20,000 nucleotides of DNA, from IMG/VR virus record IMGVR_UViG_3300035670_000133; one strand, written 5' to 3'. Positions within the stretch are counted from its first letter, which is position 1. Every line of letters starts with the position of its first letter. Origin of the DNA: an uncultured virus (IMG/VR IMGVR_UViG_3300035670_000133). Its lineage: Duplodnaviria; Heunggongvirae; Uroviricota; Caudoviricetes. The notes beneath the pieces are model-generated. The model had not been told where the DNA came from and searched no databases. It saw only the letters and a program-made list of their open reading frames with translations. Position numbers and translations under genes: made by a program. Positions 1 through 7,664 of this stretch are shown piece after piece.

Positions 1-1299
1 GCATACGTAGGTCTTAACTACTCTTTTCGATATTGGACAACAGGCACCGTGGGAATCGGGGCAGCACTCCCTGGTGTCTGCTACATGTACCCTTCCATGA
101 GCCAGGATATGGCCATGAGAATGGTTGCTATTAGACCTAGAGATTCGTTTAATTTCTTAGATTTTGGTTATGCGATTAAATCAGTCACCAAGACAAGTGA
201 CACTATTTACGCTGTAGAACTTACAAGTAATTTTGGACCTCCAATTTCATTTTTTCAAGGTGAAGTTCTTTCAGATCGGTTCGATGCTACCGGCACAGAG
301 AAGACTACATATAACAACTACACAGTAGTCGGAGTCGGCAATGGGACAACTCCCTTAACACCAGGCTTTGCTCCTATCTTTAACAGTATTTTTATCTCAC
401 TAGATACAAATAACAGCTGGTCCGTTATTGATAACGAGACGCTTCAGGCTCCTGCATCGCCGCCTACTCCGGGTGAGTATTTCACCACGGAGATGAGATT
501 TGGTTGTAATTGTCCAGACTACCTAGCTCGTGAAGATTTTAATCTTTATGAGTACAGCTTAAAGAGAAGATACCCTTATACACCTCCTCAGGATTTAAAA
601 CCAGGCCAGTATGACGCCGGCAACGACTATCAAGCCGGTAGGACATCACCGTCACGAGACTATCCAGGGTTTAGTCGTGACTTCGGTTTTTTATATGTAA
701 AGAAAATACTGGATCTACCTGCATATTCTGATGGATCTAAAGTTTACTCAGATCCTAATCTTCTTTATTTTGCGCCTAGGTGGTGTAAACATATTTATGC
801 GTCCTTTTGGGATATGCAAAACCGCTTCGGGACTGATGTTTTTTCCCAAGCGTGGTTAGCTCAACCAAGTGATGAGCCTATGGATGATCGATATCGCGAT
901 GAATTTGAGATGAATCTTGCTAAGCAAACGACGTTTGAGAAGCGTCAGCAGAGGCTTCGTTGGTGGGAAAAGTATTCTCCTTCTCAGAATACAGTACCAA
1001 ATCACATGATGTACCCAGATATGCACCCAACTATGATCAAGACGCTTAACTTTGACACATTAGCGTCAGGTACATCGACTGCAATGACGCCTAGTGGCTT
1101 TGAGATGTTCAAGATAAATCAGTACAACCCTTTTGCTCCCCCAGATCCAGCAATCACACCCCGGCTAGACGGAGGTACCTACAGTAACGGGGTTTTAGTT
1201 AGCGGCGCTACTTTGATTTATGATGGCGGTCAGTACTCAAACGGTGTACTGATACCTTATCCCTCTTATCCATCGCTTATAAACGGAGGCACTTACTGA
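1..1299 (+). CDS. SWIM-type zinc-finger protein with C-terminal (D/N)GG-x-Y motifs; 5'-truncated
   Basis: Frame is open from base 1 (AYVGLNYSFRYWTTGT...), so the start lies upstream of the window. CNC at 505-513 and WCKH at 781-792 give a CxC...CxH SWIM signature. The C-terminus has DGGTY, DGGQY and NGGTY*. Confidence 0.7.
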   Translation, partial: AYVGLNYSFRYWTTGTVGIGAALPGVCYMYPSMSQDMAMRMVAIRPRDSFNFLDFGYAIKSVTKTSDTIYAVELTSNFGPPISFFQGEVLSDRFDATGTEKTTYNNYTVVGVGNGTTPLTPGFAPIFNSIFISLDTNNSWSVIDNETLQAPASPPTPGEYFTTEMRFGCNCPDYLAREDFNLYEYSLKRRYPYTPPQDLKPGQYDAGNDYQAGRTSPSRDYPGFSRDFGFLYVKKILDLPAYSDGSKVYSDPNLLYFAPRWCKHIYASFWDMQNRFGTDVFSQAWLAQPSDEPMDDRYRDEFEMNLAKQTTFEKRQQRLRWWEKYSPSQNTVPNHMMYPDMHPTMIKTLNFDTLASGTSTAMTPSGFEMFKINQYNPFAPPDPAITPRLDGGTYSNGVLVSGATLIYDGGQYSNGVLIPYPSYPSLINGGTY

Positions 1300-1300
1300 T

Positions 1301-1867
1301 ATGGCATCTACTCCAGTTATACTACTTTCTAAGCGATCTGGTAATTCTTCTGATCGCCCAAATACATCTACGGTTCAAGCTGGCGAAGCCGCCATGAGCT
1401 TCGGTGCCGCTGACCCTGGTCTGTACTTTAAGGATTCTGCTGGAAGCATTCGGAAGTTTGGATCAAATCACTACGGGACTACAGCTCCTAATTCTGCTCC
1501 TGTTGGTTCAACGGGGAATTCTGTAGGAGAAACCTGGGTCGATTCATCAAGCAGCAGTTACTACCTTCGCGTCTGGACTGGAGCCTCGTGGCAGAAAGTT
1601 GGAGCCGGCTTTGCAGATACAACCAACACAGCCAACAGCGCTACAACCGCTGGAAGTGCTGCAACTGCAACCGTAGCTAACTCTGCTGTCGTAGCCAGCG
1701 GCGCCCTTTCGTCAGTTGTAGCCAGCGGCGCCCTTTCGTCAGTTGTAGCCAGCGGAATACAAGTAGTTACTACTTTACCCGCTGCCTCAACCGGGTACCT
1801 TGTATATCTAAATGCAGGAGCTAGCGGTCTTTATGTGTCGGCCAACGGAGGTTGGATCCTCACATAG
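1301..1867 (+). CDS. short tail-fibre-like virion protein
   Basis: N-terminus (ILLSKRSGNSSDRP...GEAAM...LYFKD) is typical of phage fibre attachment domains. Contains GETWVDS...LRVWTGASWQ and Ala/Ser/Thr-rich repeats. Starts 1 nt after the upstream stop. Confidence 0.7.
   Translation: MASTPVILLSKRSGNSSDRPNTSTVQAGEAAMSFGAADPGLYFKDSAGSIRKFGSNHYGTTAPNSAPVGSTGNSVGETWVDSSSSSYYLRVWTGASWQKVGAGFADTTNTANSATTAGSAATATVANSAVVASGALSSVVASGALSSVVASGIQVVTTLPAASTGYLVYLNAGASGLYVSANGGWILT
1691..1755 (+). repeat. 27-bp in-frame tandem repeat (about 2.4 copies, VASGALSSV)
   Basis: GTAGCCAGCGGCGCCCTTTCGTCAGTT is exact at 1691 and 1718, partial at 1745. Confidence 0.95.
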
Positions 1868-2402
1868 AACCTCTAAGTGTAGCCTTTAGCATCCACGCTC
1901 CTTTAAACAGATTGCCGCAGATCTCAGCTGAAAAGTTTTCAACGTCCGGAGCGCCAGTCTCACGAGCTACTTCTGTCAGATTTTTGGCCAACATAGCGCC
2001 TGCTTCAAGGTTTTTAGTGTAGAGAATCAAACCTTCGCGGGCGTCATAGGTTTTTACGGAGGGGAATTTTTTGTAAGCGTCAAAAAGGCCGCATTGGCAG
2101 GCTGGCATCAGATAGTCCATGCTTCGGACTAACTCAGCGATGGTGTCAAAATCGGTTACATGTTGAGCATATTGCTCACCTAAGAAGTCGTGAACAGCTA
2201 AAAAGTTAGAGCACTCAACATTCAGATGCAGAAGATGAGCTTGGATATTTAGCTGGTATAAATATGAGGCAAAGGAGACCATCTGATAAGCAAGGTTATC
2301 AGGCGTGGCCTCCTTTGTGATAATCACCTCCTCTTTAACGACTTCTTGTGTCGGCGCTTCAGTCGCGCTTTGGAAGATATCGGCCAAAGAGGAGGTGTTC
2401 AT
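1860..2402 (-). CDS. dps: Dps / ferritin-like protein
   Basis: HLLHLNVECSNFLAVHDFLGEQY...FDTIAE matches the Dps pattern HWNVxGxxFxxLH...DxxAE, with ferroxidase H, H, D and E retained. C-terminal WML is also Dps-like. Confidence 0.8.
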   Translation of the reverse strand: MNTSSLADIFQSATEAPTQEVVKEEVIITKEATPDNLAYQMVSFASYLYQLNIQAHLLHLNVECSNFLAVHDFLGEQYAQHVTDFDTIAELVRSMDYLMPACQCGLFDAYKKFPSVKTYDAREGLILYTKNLEAGAMLAKNLTEVARETGAPDVENFSAEICGNLFKGAWMLKATLRGSM

Positions 2403-2411
2403 TGTTAAGGG

Positions 2412-2663
2412 TCAGACAGCGCAAGCAGCGCTTTCTTCTACTTTAACCTCTTCCGAGCCAGAACTAAGGTAAGCCTCAAGAGCGTCCTTATTGATGCGGT
2501 AGAGAGACTTCACACCGTTGGGCTGCAGATTGACGAAGATGCCCTTCGGCCAGCCACCGGGCTGGTTGGACTCGGTCAGCATGATGCGCTTGCGTACAAA
2601 GCCTGCGGAGCAGTTCAGAAGCTCAGCGGTCTGAGCGATGGTCAGGAGCCGTGCGGAATCCAT
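2412..2663 (-). CDS. excisionase/MerR-like helix-turn-helix DNA-binding protein
   Basis: LLTIAQTAELLNCSAGFVRKRI...LYRINKDALEAYL fits an Xis-like winged HTH. Confidence 0.75.
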   Translation of the reverse strand: MDSARLLTIAQTAELLNCSAGFVRKRIMLTESNQPGGWPKGIFVNLQPNGVKSLYRINKDALEAYLSSGSEEVKVEESAACAV

Positions 2664-2797
2664 TTAATTTGACGTTGTTGATGACGACAACGAAAGGAGG
2701 TTAGCAGGAATCTTCATGAAGAAAGTCTGTGATCTCGGGTTTTATATTGATTTAACTTTTGACACGGTAGACTGTAGAGACGCGTGAGACGCAAGCC

Positions 2798-3046
2798 GTG
2801 GCCATCCGAATCGCAGGCGAAAAATTTTCTGGGTACAACCAGCCTCGACGTGATTCAGATGGCGGCAAGAAGTTCGTTGTCGCCGCGAAGGAAGGTGATC
2901 AGGTGCGCTTGGTACGTTTCGGCGATCCTAATATGACTATCAAGAAGCATATTCCAGAGCGGAGAGAAAACTTCAGAGCACGTCATAACTGCGATAACCC
3001 AGGAAGTAAACTCAAGGCACGTTACTGGGCTTGCAAAAGCTGGTAG
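2798..3046 (+). CDS. conserved small basic phage protein (FGDPNM...RRENFRARHNC...YWACKSW type)
   Basis: Recognisable motif of a widespread phage hypothetical protein. GTG start, with a -10-like TAGACT 24 nt upstream. Confidence 0.8.
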   Translation: MAIRIAGEKFSGYNQPRRDSDGGKKFVVAAKEGDQVRLVRFGDPNMTIKKHIPERRENFRARHNCDNPGSKLKARYWACKSW

Positions 3047-3099
3047 GTTCTATGGAATTAGTGAGTTGACTTAGACTTTTGTCAGACGCACAAGGAGCA

Positions 3100-3330
3100 G
3101 TGAAAGACGAGCACGGACACATCCGAGTGGGTCTAACACTTGAAGACGATTTCACGCTACAGCGCCTTAAGAACGCCGCCCATGCTCTGAAAGGGGAGGC
3201 TCATGATCAGTATTTGTGGAAAACAATCTTTCGTTTTGTGTGTCGAGAACGTGCTTATAAGTCGGTTATGGAGGAGATCGGCGTGGCTATTGACACTAAT
3301 ATAGATATATTCGAAGACTCTGAAGACTAA
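3100..3330 (+). CDS. nblA: NblA-like phycobilisome degradation protein
   Basis: LTLEDDF-x20-L-x9-RE-x2-Y has the same spacing as cyanobacterial NblA (LSLEQQF-x20-L-x9-RE-x2-Y, from recall). Start re-assigned from TTG 3079 to GTG 3100 because AAGGAG lies just upstream and a TAGACT box lies 22 nt upstream. Confidence 0.72.
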   Translation: MKDEHGHIRVGLTLEDDFTLQRLKNAAHALKGEAHDQYLWKTIFRFVCRERAYKSVMEEIGVAIDTNIDIFEDSED

Positions 3331-3366
3331 TACCTTTCAGGGTCGCTAACTTTCAAAGTTTGGGCG

Positions 3367-4125
3367 ATGAGTTACACGACAGAGCAACTAAAAGAGATCG
3401 CTCGTCAAAAAGCTAGGGACTTCGGTGTCAACGAAGATATATTTTTACGTCTTATCCAGAAGGAATCGACCTGGAACCCACAGGCTACAAGTAAGGCAGG
3501 GGCGCAGGGTCTTGGGCAGTTGATGCCTGGTACTGCTAGAGAGGTCGGTGTTTCCAATCCGTATGATCCAGTTCAAAGCTTAACGGGTAGTGCTCGTTAC
3601 CTTGCCAACCAGTTAAAACGGTTTGGTAGTTACGATAAAGCACTTGCAGCGTACAACGCTGGACCTGGTAACGTTGAGCGGTACGGAGGCATTCCACCGT
3701 TCTCTGAGACGCAAAACTACGTTAAGACCATCCTGGGTTCCCAGAAATCACGTCAGGTTACAACGAAGCCGCCACAAGCAGTAGAAACGCGAGAAGCCGC
3801 TACCAGCGATAAGGGGAGTAAGTTACTAAATACTTTTATTGATCTATTGTCTGTAACTGGTGGCCGATTTTTAGGGCCGCAGTCTTCTGTGCCTCAGGTG
3901 GATATTCCCAGCTATGAGAACGACACGTACACGCCTCAAGATCAAGAGTTAGATATTGTCCTGAATGCTGTTTCAGATCAAAAGAAACAGGAAGCTTATG
4001 AAGATCTTCTTAGGCAAGAGAGTCTTCGAGAATTGGAAACCAACGCTGCAGCTGCGGAACGAGCTCGGTCGCAGTTGTTAGCGCAAGCTCTCAGCTCGTT
4101 CTCTACACCTTCAGCAACTATTTAG
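3367..4125 (+). CDS. SLT-family lytic transglycosylase with C-terminal extension (probable virion-associated/ejection lysin)
   Basis: Catalytic [23 protein letters not shown] and ETQNYV motifs of the SLT domain. Confidence 0.92.
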   Translation: MSYTTEQLKEIARQKARDFGVNEDIFLRLIQKESTWNPQATSKAGAQGLGQLMPGTAREVGVSNPYDPVQSLTGSARYLANQLKRFGSYDKALAAYNAGPGNVERYGGIPPFSETQNYVKTILGSQKSRQVTTKPPQAVETREAATSDKGSKLLNTFIDLLSVTGGRFLGPQSSVPQVDIPSYENDTYTPQDQELDIVLNAVSDQKKQEAYEDLLRQESLRELETNAAAAERARSQLLAQALSSFSTPSATI

Positions 4126-4158
4126 ACGTATAATCATCTAGGAGCTTTACTTAAGTCG

Positions 4159-4434
4159 ATGAGTTTCGCCGTAGGAGTAGACGTACCCGTCAGTCAAATG
4201 CCTGCAGGTATGGCCTTTGACGGAGCAAGCGGCGGAGGCATCGGCCAAAGCATCCTAGGTGGTATCGGCAAGGGTATCCTGAGTGGCTTGGATTCTGCCG
4301 TGGGCGGCGGATCTCAGGGGTCTGAGGGTTACGGTAGTCGTACTCCTTACACAGACCGCACACGCGACATGCTTAGCTACCTTATAAAGGAGGCTATTGC
4401 TTCGTTTGAACCCGCAAAAGCAACTATTTCCTGA
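4159..4434 (+). CDS. Gly-rich hypothetical protein (possible internal virion protein)
   Basis: ATG start, TATAAT 24 nt upstream, Gly-rich sequence, located beside the SLT gene. Confidence 0.6.
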   Translation: MSFAVGVDVPVSQMPAGMAFDGASGGGIGQSILGGIGKGILSGLDSAVGGGSQGSEGYGSRTPYTDRTRDMLSYLIKEAIASFEPAKATIS

Positions 4435-4456
4435 GTTTCGTTAGAGGTTTTTTACA

Positions 4457-5185
4457 ATGCCTGCCACCGCTGCTGACTTTCCCAATACGAGCTATGAAAA
4501 CGTTTCTGAGCCTATCTCCTCTGCAGCCGGCCCAGGAAAAATTGGATTTGCGGGAACTCCTATTGAATCTTTAAATATTGGCAACCTAGAAAACCTGAAT
4601 CGATTAGCAGGTAATCTTGGTGTGCTTTTCGGTCAAGGCAGCTCGGCTTTTGATATTGAAGATTCGATAAAAGATTTAAAAAATATGTACAAACAAACTA
4701 GAAAGGCGATAAATAATCGGATGGCGCGGATATACCCTGAATTGACTGGAATGACGGGAGAAGAGGCGCTTAACAAGTACTACGACGCATTTGCTAATAC
4801 TATCTCTGATGTATCTGCTAGGGGCCGTGCTGATCTGGGTGTTTCCCCAGATATTTCATCTGAATACAATCGTTTAAATACGCGTGTACAAGATATTCAA
4901 AATCAGTATTCGCTATCTGGACGTTTAGGAGGTTATGAAAACCTCGCGTTAAACCCACCCGTGGTAGCTATGGATGTCGCGTCCATACGTAATACGGCAG
5001 ATTGGGTTGACCCAACGACTAATCAAATAAAAGGTAAATATAAGGCCATGTATGACTACCGAGATCCTCAAACTCAACAGTTTATTTATGGTTCTCGTAA
5101 CACTGCAGATGCCATTGGTAAGTACTATAACACAAGTGGTGATGTAGCTGGCCTTATGAGTTACAGCAACGTTGGTTTGTCCTGA
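4457..5185 (+). CDS. hypothetical protein (possible internal virion/ejection protein)
   Basis: 242-aa ORF with GAGG RBS. Cys-free and helical. TGATG-coupled to the next gene. Confidence 0.65.
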   Translation: MPATAADFPNTSYENVSEPISSAAGPGKIGFAGTPIESLNIGNLENLNRLAGNLGVLFGQGSSAFDIEDSIKDLKNMYKQTRKAINNRMARIYPELTGMTGEEALNKYYDAFANTISDVSARGRADLGVSPDISSEYNRLNTRVQDIQNQYSLSGRLGGYENLALNPPVVAMDVASIRNTADWVDPTTNQIKGKYKAMYDYRDPQTQQFIYGSRNTADAIGKYYNTSGDVAGLMSYSNVGLS

Positions 5186-5553
5186 TGTCTCAGCTTCCAC
5201 GCTCGCCTTTAGAGCGGCGAGCTGAATCGTTTATTAATCGAAGAGGTAATCGACCGGGACGGGAACCGCATTCGTTTCGTTTAGCCGGTGATATTTTTAA
5301 TACTGGCGCTCGTGACAAAGTACGGAGCGTAGAACGTGAGTCTCGCCAACGCTTACAAGCCGAGCGTGTAGTCGGCGTGGGCTTTGGCGAGAAAGACAAC
5401 TACGGTCCAGATAACAGTTGGGACACGCAAGACGCACTCAAGTATACACCCGACCCAGCGTACTATAAAGGTCACAAAAGTTATGCACCGCTTGCAGGTA
5501 CTCCTCGCGAGGTGGCAGATAGTAAACGAAACCAAACACCTTCGTATCAATAG
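5185..5553 (+). CDS. hypothetical basic protein
   Basis: TGATG stop/start coupling with the upstream gene. The 3' end overlaps the convergent MTase-like gene. Confidence 0.6.
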   Translation: MSQLPRSPLERRAESFINRRGNRPGREPHSFRLAGDIFNTGARDKVRSVERESRQRLQAERVVGVGFGEKDNYGPDNSWDTQDALKYTPDPAYYKGHKSYAPLAGTPREVADSKRNQTPSYQ

Positions 5554-6025
5554 GCTTTAAATCTTTCTCACGAAGTAAGTGAGGCTTTTCACTCAGGACG
5601 CAGAGGGGAAAATCAAAACCTATCTTTTGTGTAACTAGCAGAGCAACTTCAGTCGAAGTTAAAAATATTACGGCTTGCTCGAACTCATTTCTAAGCCATT
5701 TGTTGTAAGCAAGTTCAAGCCACACGCGCTGTGCAGACTTTTTAAACCTTAGATTCTTTCGAAACAGCCTCGTATCTTTAGGCTGTTCGTCGCCGTTCAA
5801 GATACTTCTTGGAGGAAATAAATAAACATTTTTTGACCTCCATTCTTGATTCAGTCCGTTATTGTGCCAGGAAATATACTTTTGTGCCTGAACAACTAAG
5901 TTTGCCTGTTCGCTGGAAGCTGGATCTAGTTCGATCTCACCTCCAAAGAGAGACGCCGTGGTAGCTATTAACTCTGGAGGCGATACGAAGTCTTCGTCAG
6001 AGAATGAGACTGTTTGATAATTCAT
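5438..6025 (-). CDS. phage Dam-type DNA N6-adenine methyltransferase-like protein, probably inactive
   Basis: SPPELI...IELDPASSEQAN...NGLNQEW...VYLFPPR follows the phage Dam layout (TP...LDPAS...DGL..W...NPPY), but motif IV reads FPPR. ATG at 6025. Confidence 0.75.
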   Translation of the reverse strand: MNYQTVSFSDEDFVSPPELIATTASLFGGEIELDPASSEQANLVVQAQKYISWHNNGLNQEWRSKNVYLFPPRSILNGDEQPKDTRLFRKNLRFKKSAQRVWLELAYNKWLRNEFEQAVIFLTSTEVALLVTQKIGFDFPLCVLSEKPHLLREKDLKPIDTKVFGFVYYLPPREEYLQAVHNFCDLYSTLGRVYT

Positions 6026-6416
6026 CAATTTTTTTGTTGGCTTCCACAGGATCTACAAGATGTACACAGATCTCGTTCAACTGAACCATCGCAATAAGCG
6101 CAAGATCTGAATCGGATTCTTTCTCAACGACTCGAATGATTTTGCTGAACAGAGCTTCAGCTTTTTCATCCATGCCTTCTTGAGCTACGGCTAAATCGTT
6201 TTCAAGATCGGTTTTTGTTAAGTACTTTGAAGTCTCAGGATTTTCCGGATTGAATACCAGAATCCCTTCGCCGAGAGCCGCTCGGTTCTCAAAGTAGAGT
6301 CGAGTCATATCCGACAAAATAGTTCGGACTACACCAGCGCTGATCATGCGCTCGGTTTCATTGCCACCAAAGAGGTTTTTAACGAGTGCAGCAGCGCCGC
6401 GAGAAAGGTCAGACAT
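5997..6416 (-). CDS. hypothetical protein
   Basis: Start re-assigned to ATG 6416 (MSDLSRG...), which overlaps the upstream stop by 8 nt (ATGTCTGA). Confidence 0.7.
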   Translation of the reverse strand: MSDLSRGAAALVKNLFGGNETERMISAGVVRTILSDMTRLYFENRAALGEGILVFNPENPETSKYLTKTDLENDLAVAQEGMDEKAEALFSKIIRVVEKESDSDLALIAMVQLNEICVHLVDPVEANKKIDELSNSLIL

Positions 6417-6729
6417 AAGTGAAATTGCTCCAGGCGGCTTGCATGATCGCGTGGAGATCATACAAAAACTTAGATGAGTTTCGTTCAGTTGGATCAACTT
6501 TGCAATAGTGTTTACCCTCCACTAACCCAGATTCACCACCTGATGCAATTCCTTGGTGAATCAGTTTGTCAACTGTTACTGCAGGTACGTTTAGCCTTTG
6601 GCTGATTACCTTTTTAGAAACAAAGGCACTTGTTATCTTGCCTTCCTTTTGAGCAACTAGAAGTTGAAGTGAGGTTTCGATGCTGTTGAGAGCGTCTCGA
6701 ATTTCTTTGATTTCGCGTGTGATTTCCAT
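6409..6729 (-). CDS. putative DNA-binding protein (N-terminal coiled coil plus HTH-like region)
   Basis: N-terminal heptads, then FVSKKVISQRLNVPAVTVDKLI...FLYDLHAI resembling an Xis-like wHTH. Confidence 0.6.
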   Translation of the reverse strand: MEITREIKEIRDALNSIETSLQLLVAQKEGKITSAFVSKKVISQRLNVPAVTVDKLIHQGIASGGESGLVEGKHYCKVDPTERNSSKFLYDLHAIMQAAWSNFTYV

Positions 6730-6859
6730 GGATTAAGGGAGGGGCTCCCCTCGACCACCTGGCGCCAGGCAGTCAGGGCGATTTGCAGCTGGTCCGAAAA
6801 GGCTAAAAGGATTACAGCACCCCTCACGCCAACACGGCCTTTGTTACGTGTCGACTTGT

Positions 6860-7312
6860 TTAGTTTAGGAGTGCTTTTGCTTTTGTCTCGAAGTCGGAAG
6901 GATCCTCAATCAGAAGCTCGATCAGCTTATCAAGTTTTCCAGGGCTGTCAAGCGCACTGCGTTCGTTTTTAATTAACCAGTATGTGTAGGCATTTAAAAG
7001 GTAGTAGTGCGTCTGCTTTGCCTTTAAAGCGCCGACTTTCCACTTCTCGTAGTCAAACGCGCTGCTGTGGCGCGAGCTACCAGTTTTTAACTCCAACTCA
7101 CGGATTTCAATTTGAAGTTCGATATCTCGAATGGTGTATTCGAGCGAACTGATCTTGGCCTCGCAGTCGCGAATGTCTTTAGGCGGCTGATTATCGGTGT
7201 ATATCCAGGTAGGTAAGTTGTCGATCTTAAATTCTTCATCCCATAGGCTGGGGCGACGAAGCTCATTCGTAGAGCTCCCCGAGTATGCGGTCGATGTGTA
7301 CGTTGTAATCAC
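6860..7312 (-). CDS. hypothetical coiled-coil protein
   Basis: 150-aa ORF in the minus-strand operon. GTG start overlaps the upstream gene by 50 nt. Confidence 0.65.
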   Translation of the reverse strand: MITTYTSTAYSGSSTNELRRPSLWDEEFKIDNLPTWIYTDNQPPKDIRDCEAKISSLEYTIRDIELQIEIRELELKTGSSRHSSAFDYEKWKVGALKAKQTHYYLLNAYTYWLIKNERSALDSPGKLDKLIELLIEDPSDFETKAKALLN

Positions 7313-7664
7313 CGTTTAAACAGTAGAGAGTGTGGTGTTCAAATGCGATCCTGACGACAAGATCGAGTTGAGTGAGCCGTTTTAAATGATTTCTAACCGA
7401 GCTCGTTGATTGGCCGACTTCTTCGGCAATCTCGGAAAGACTAGCAGGTTGGATAGCCTTTAAGTCAAGGATTAAACCACTGTGGCGAGTAATCGCTTGG
7501 ATCCGGCCCTGATGCCTTGGATTGTAGAAAGAGATAACTTGATTTCGAATTTCTGGAGAATAACTCGCTGGGTAATCTTGGCAGAGATTCCAAGCTCTTG
7601 CAGGTGAAGGATCGTTCGCTCGATCTGAGGGGAAGCCTTCTGGTTGGGTGTCGACGTGATACAC
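7263..7664 (-). CDS. winged-helix (ArsR/MarR-like) DNA-binding protein; start uncertain
   Basis: PASLSEIAEEVGQSTSSVRNHLKRLTQLDLVVR...LYCLN is a clear wHTH. The only canonical start lies 193 nt inside the upstream gene. Confidence 0.65.
   Translation of the reverse strand: MYHVDTQPEGFPSDRANDPSPARAWNLCQDYPASYSPEIRNQVISFYNPRHQGRIQAITRHSGLILDLKAIQPASLSEIAEEVGQSTSSVRNHLKRLTQLDLVVRIAFEHHTLYCLNGDYNVHIDRILGELYE

Noticed and set aside
3079..3099. TTG start at 3079 for the NblA-like gene (and 6497 start for the 5997 gene)
   Set aside because: GTG 3100 has an RBS and correct promoter spacing. ATG 6416 is coupled to the upstream stop.
4949..5550. Minus-strand ORFs 4949..5200, 5190..5399 and 5353..5550
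   Set aside because: Antisense to better-supported, translationally coupled plus-strand genes, with no recognisable motifs.
6800..6830. tRNA-Tyr-like CUGUAA loop on the minus strand
   Set aside because: No T-arm (GTTCRA), D-arm or acceptor stem could be built.
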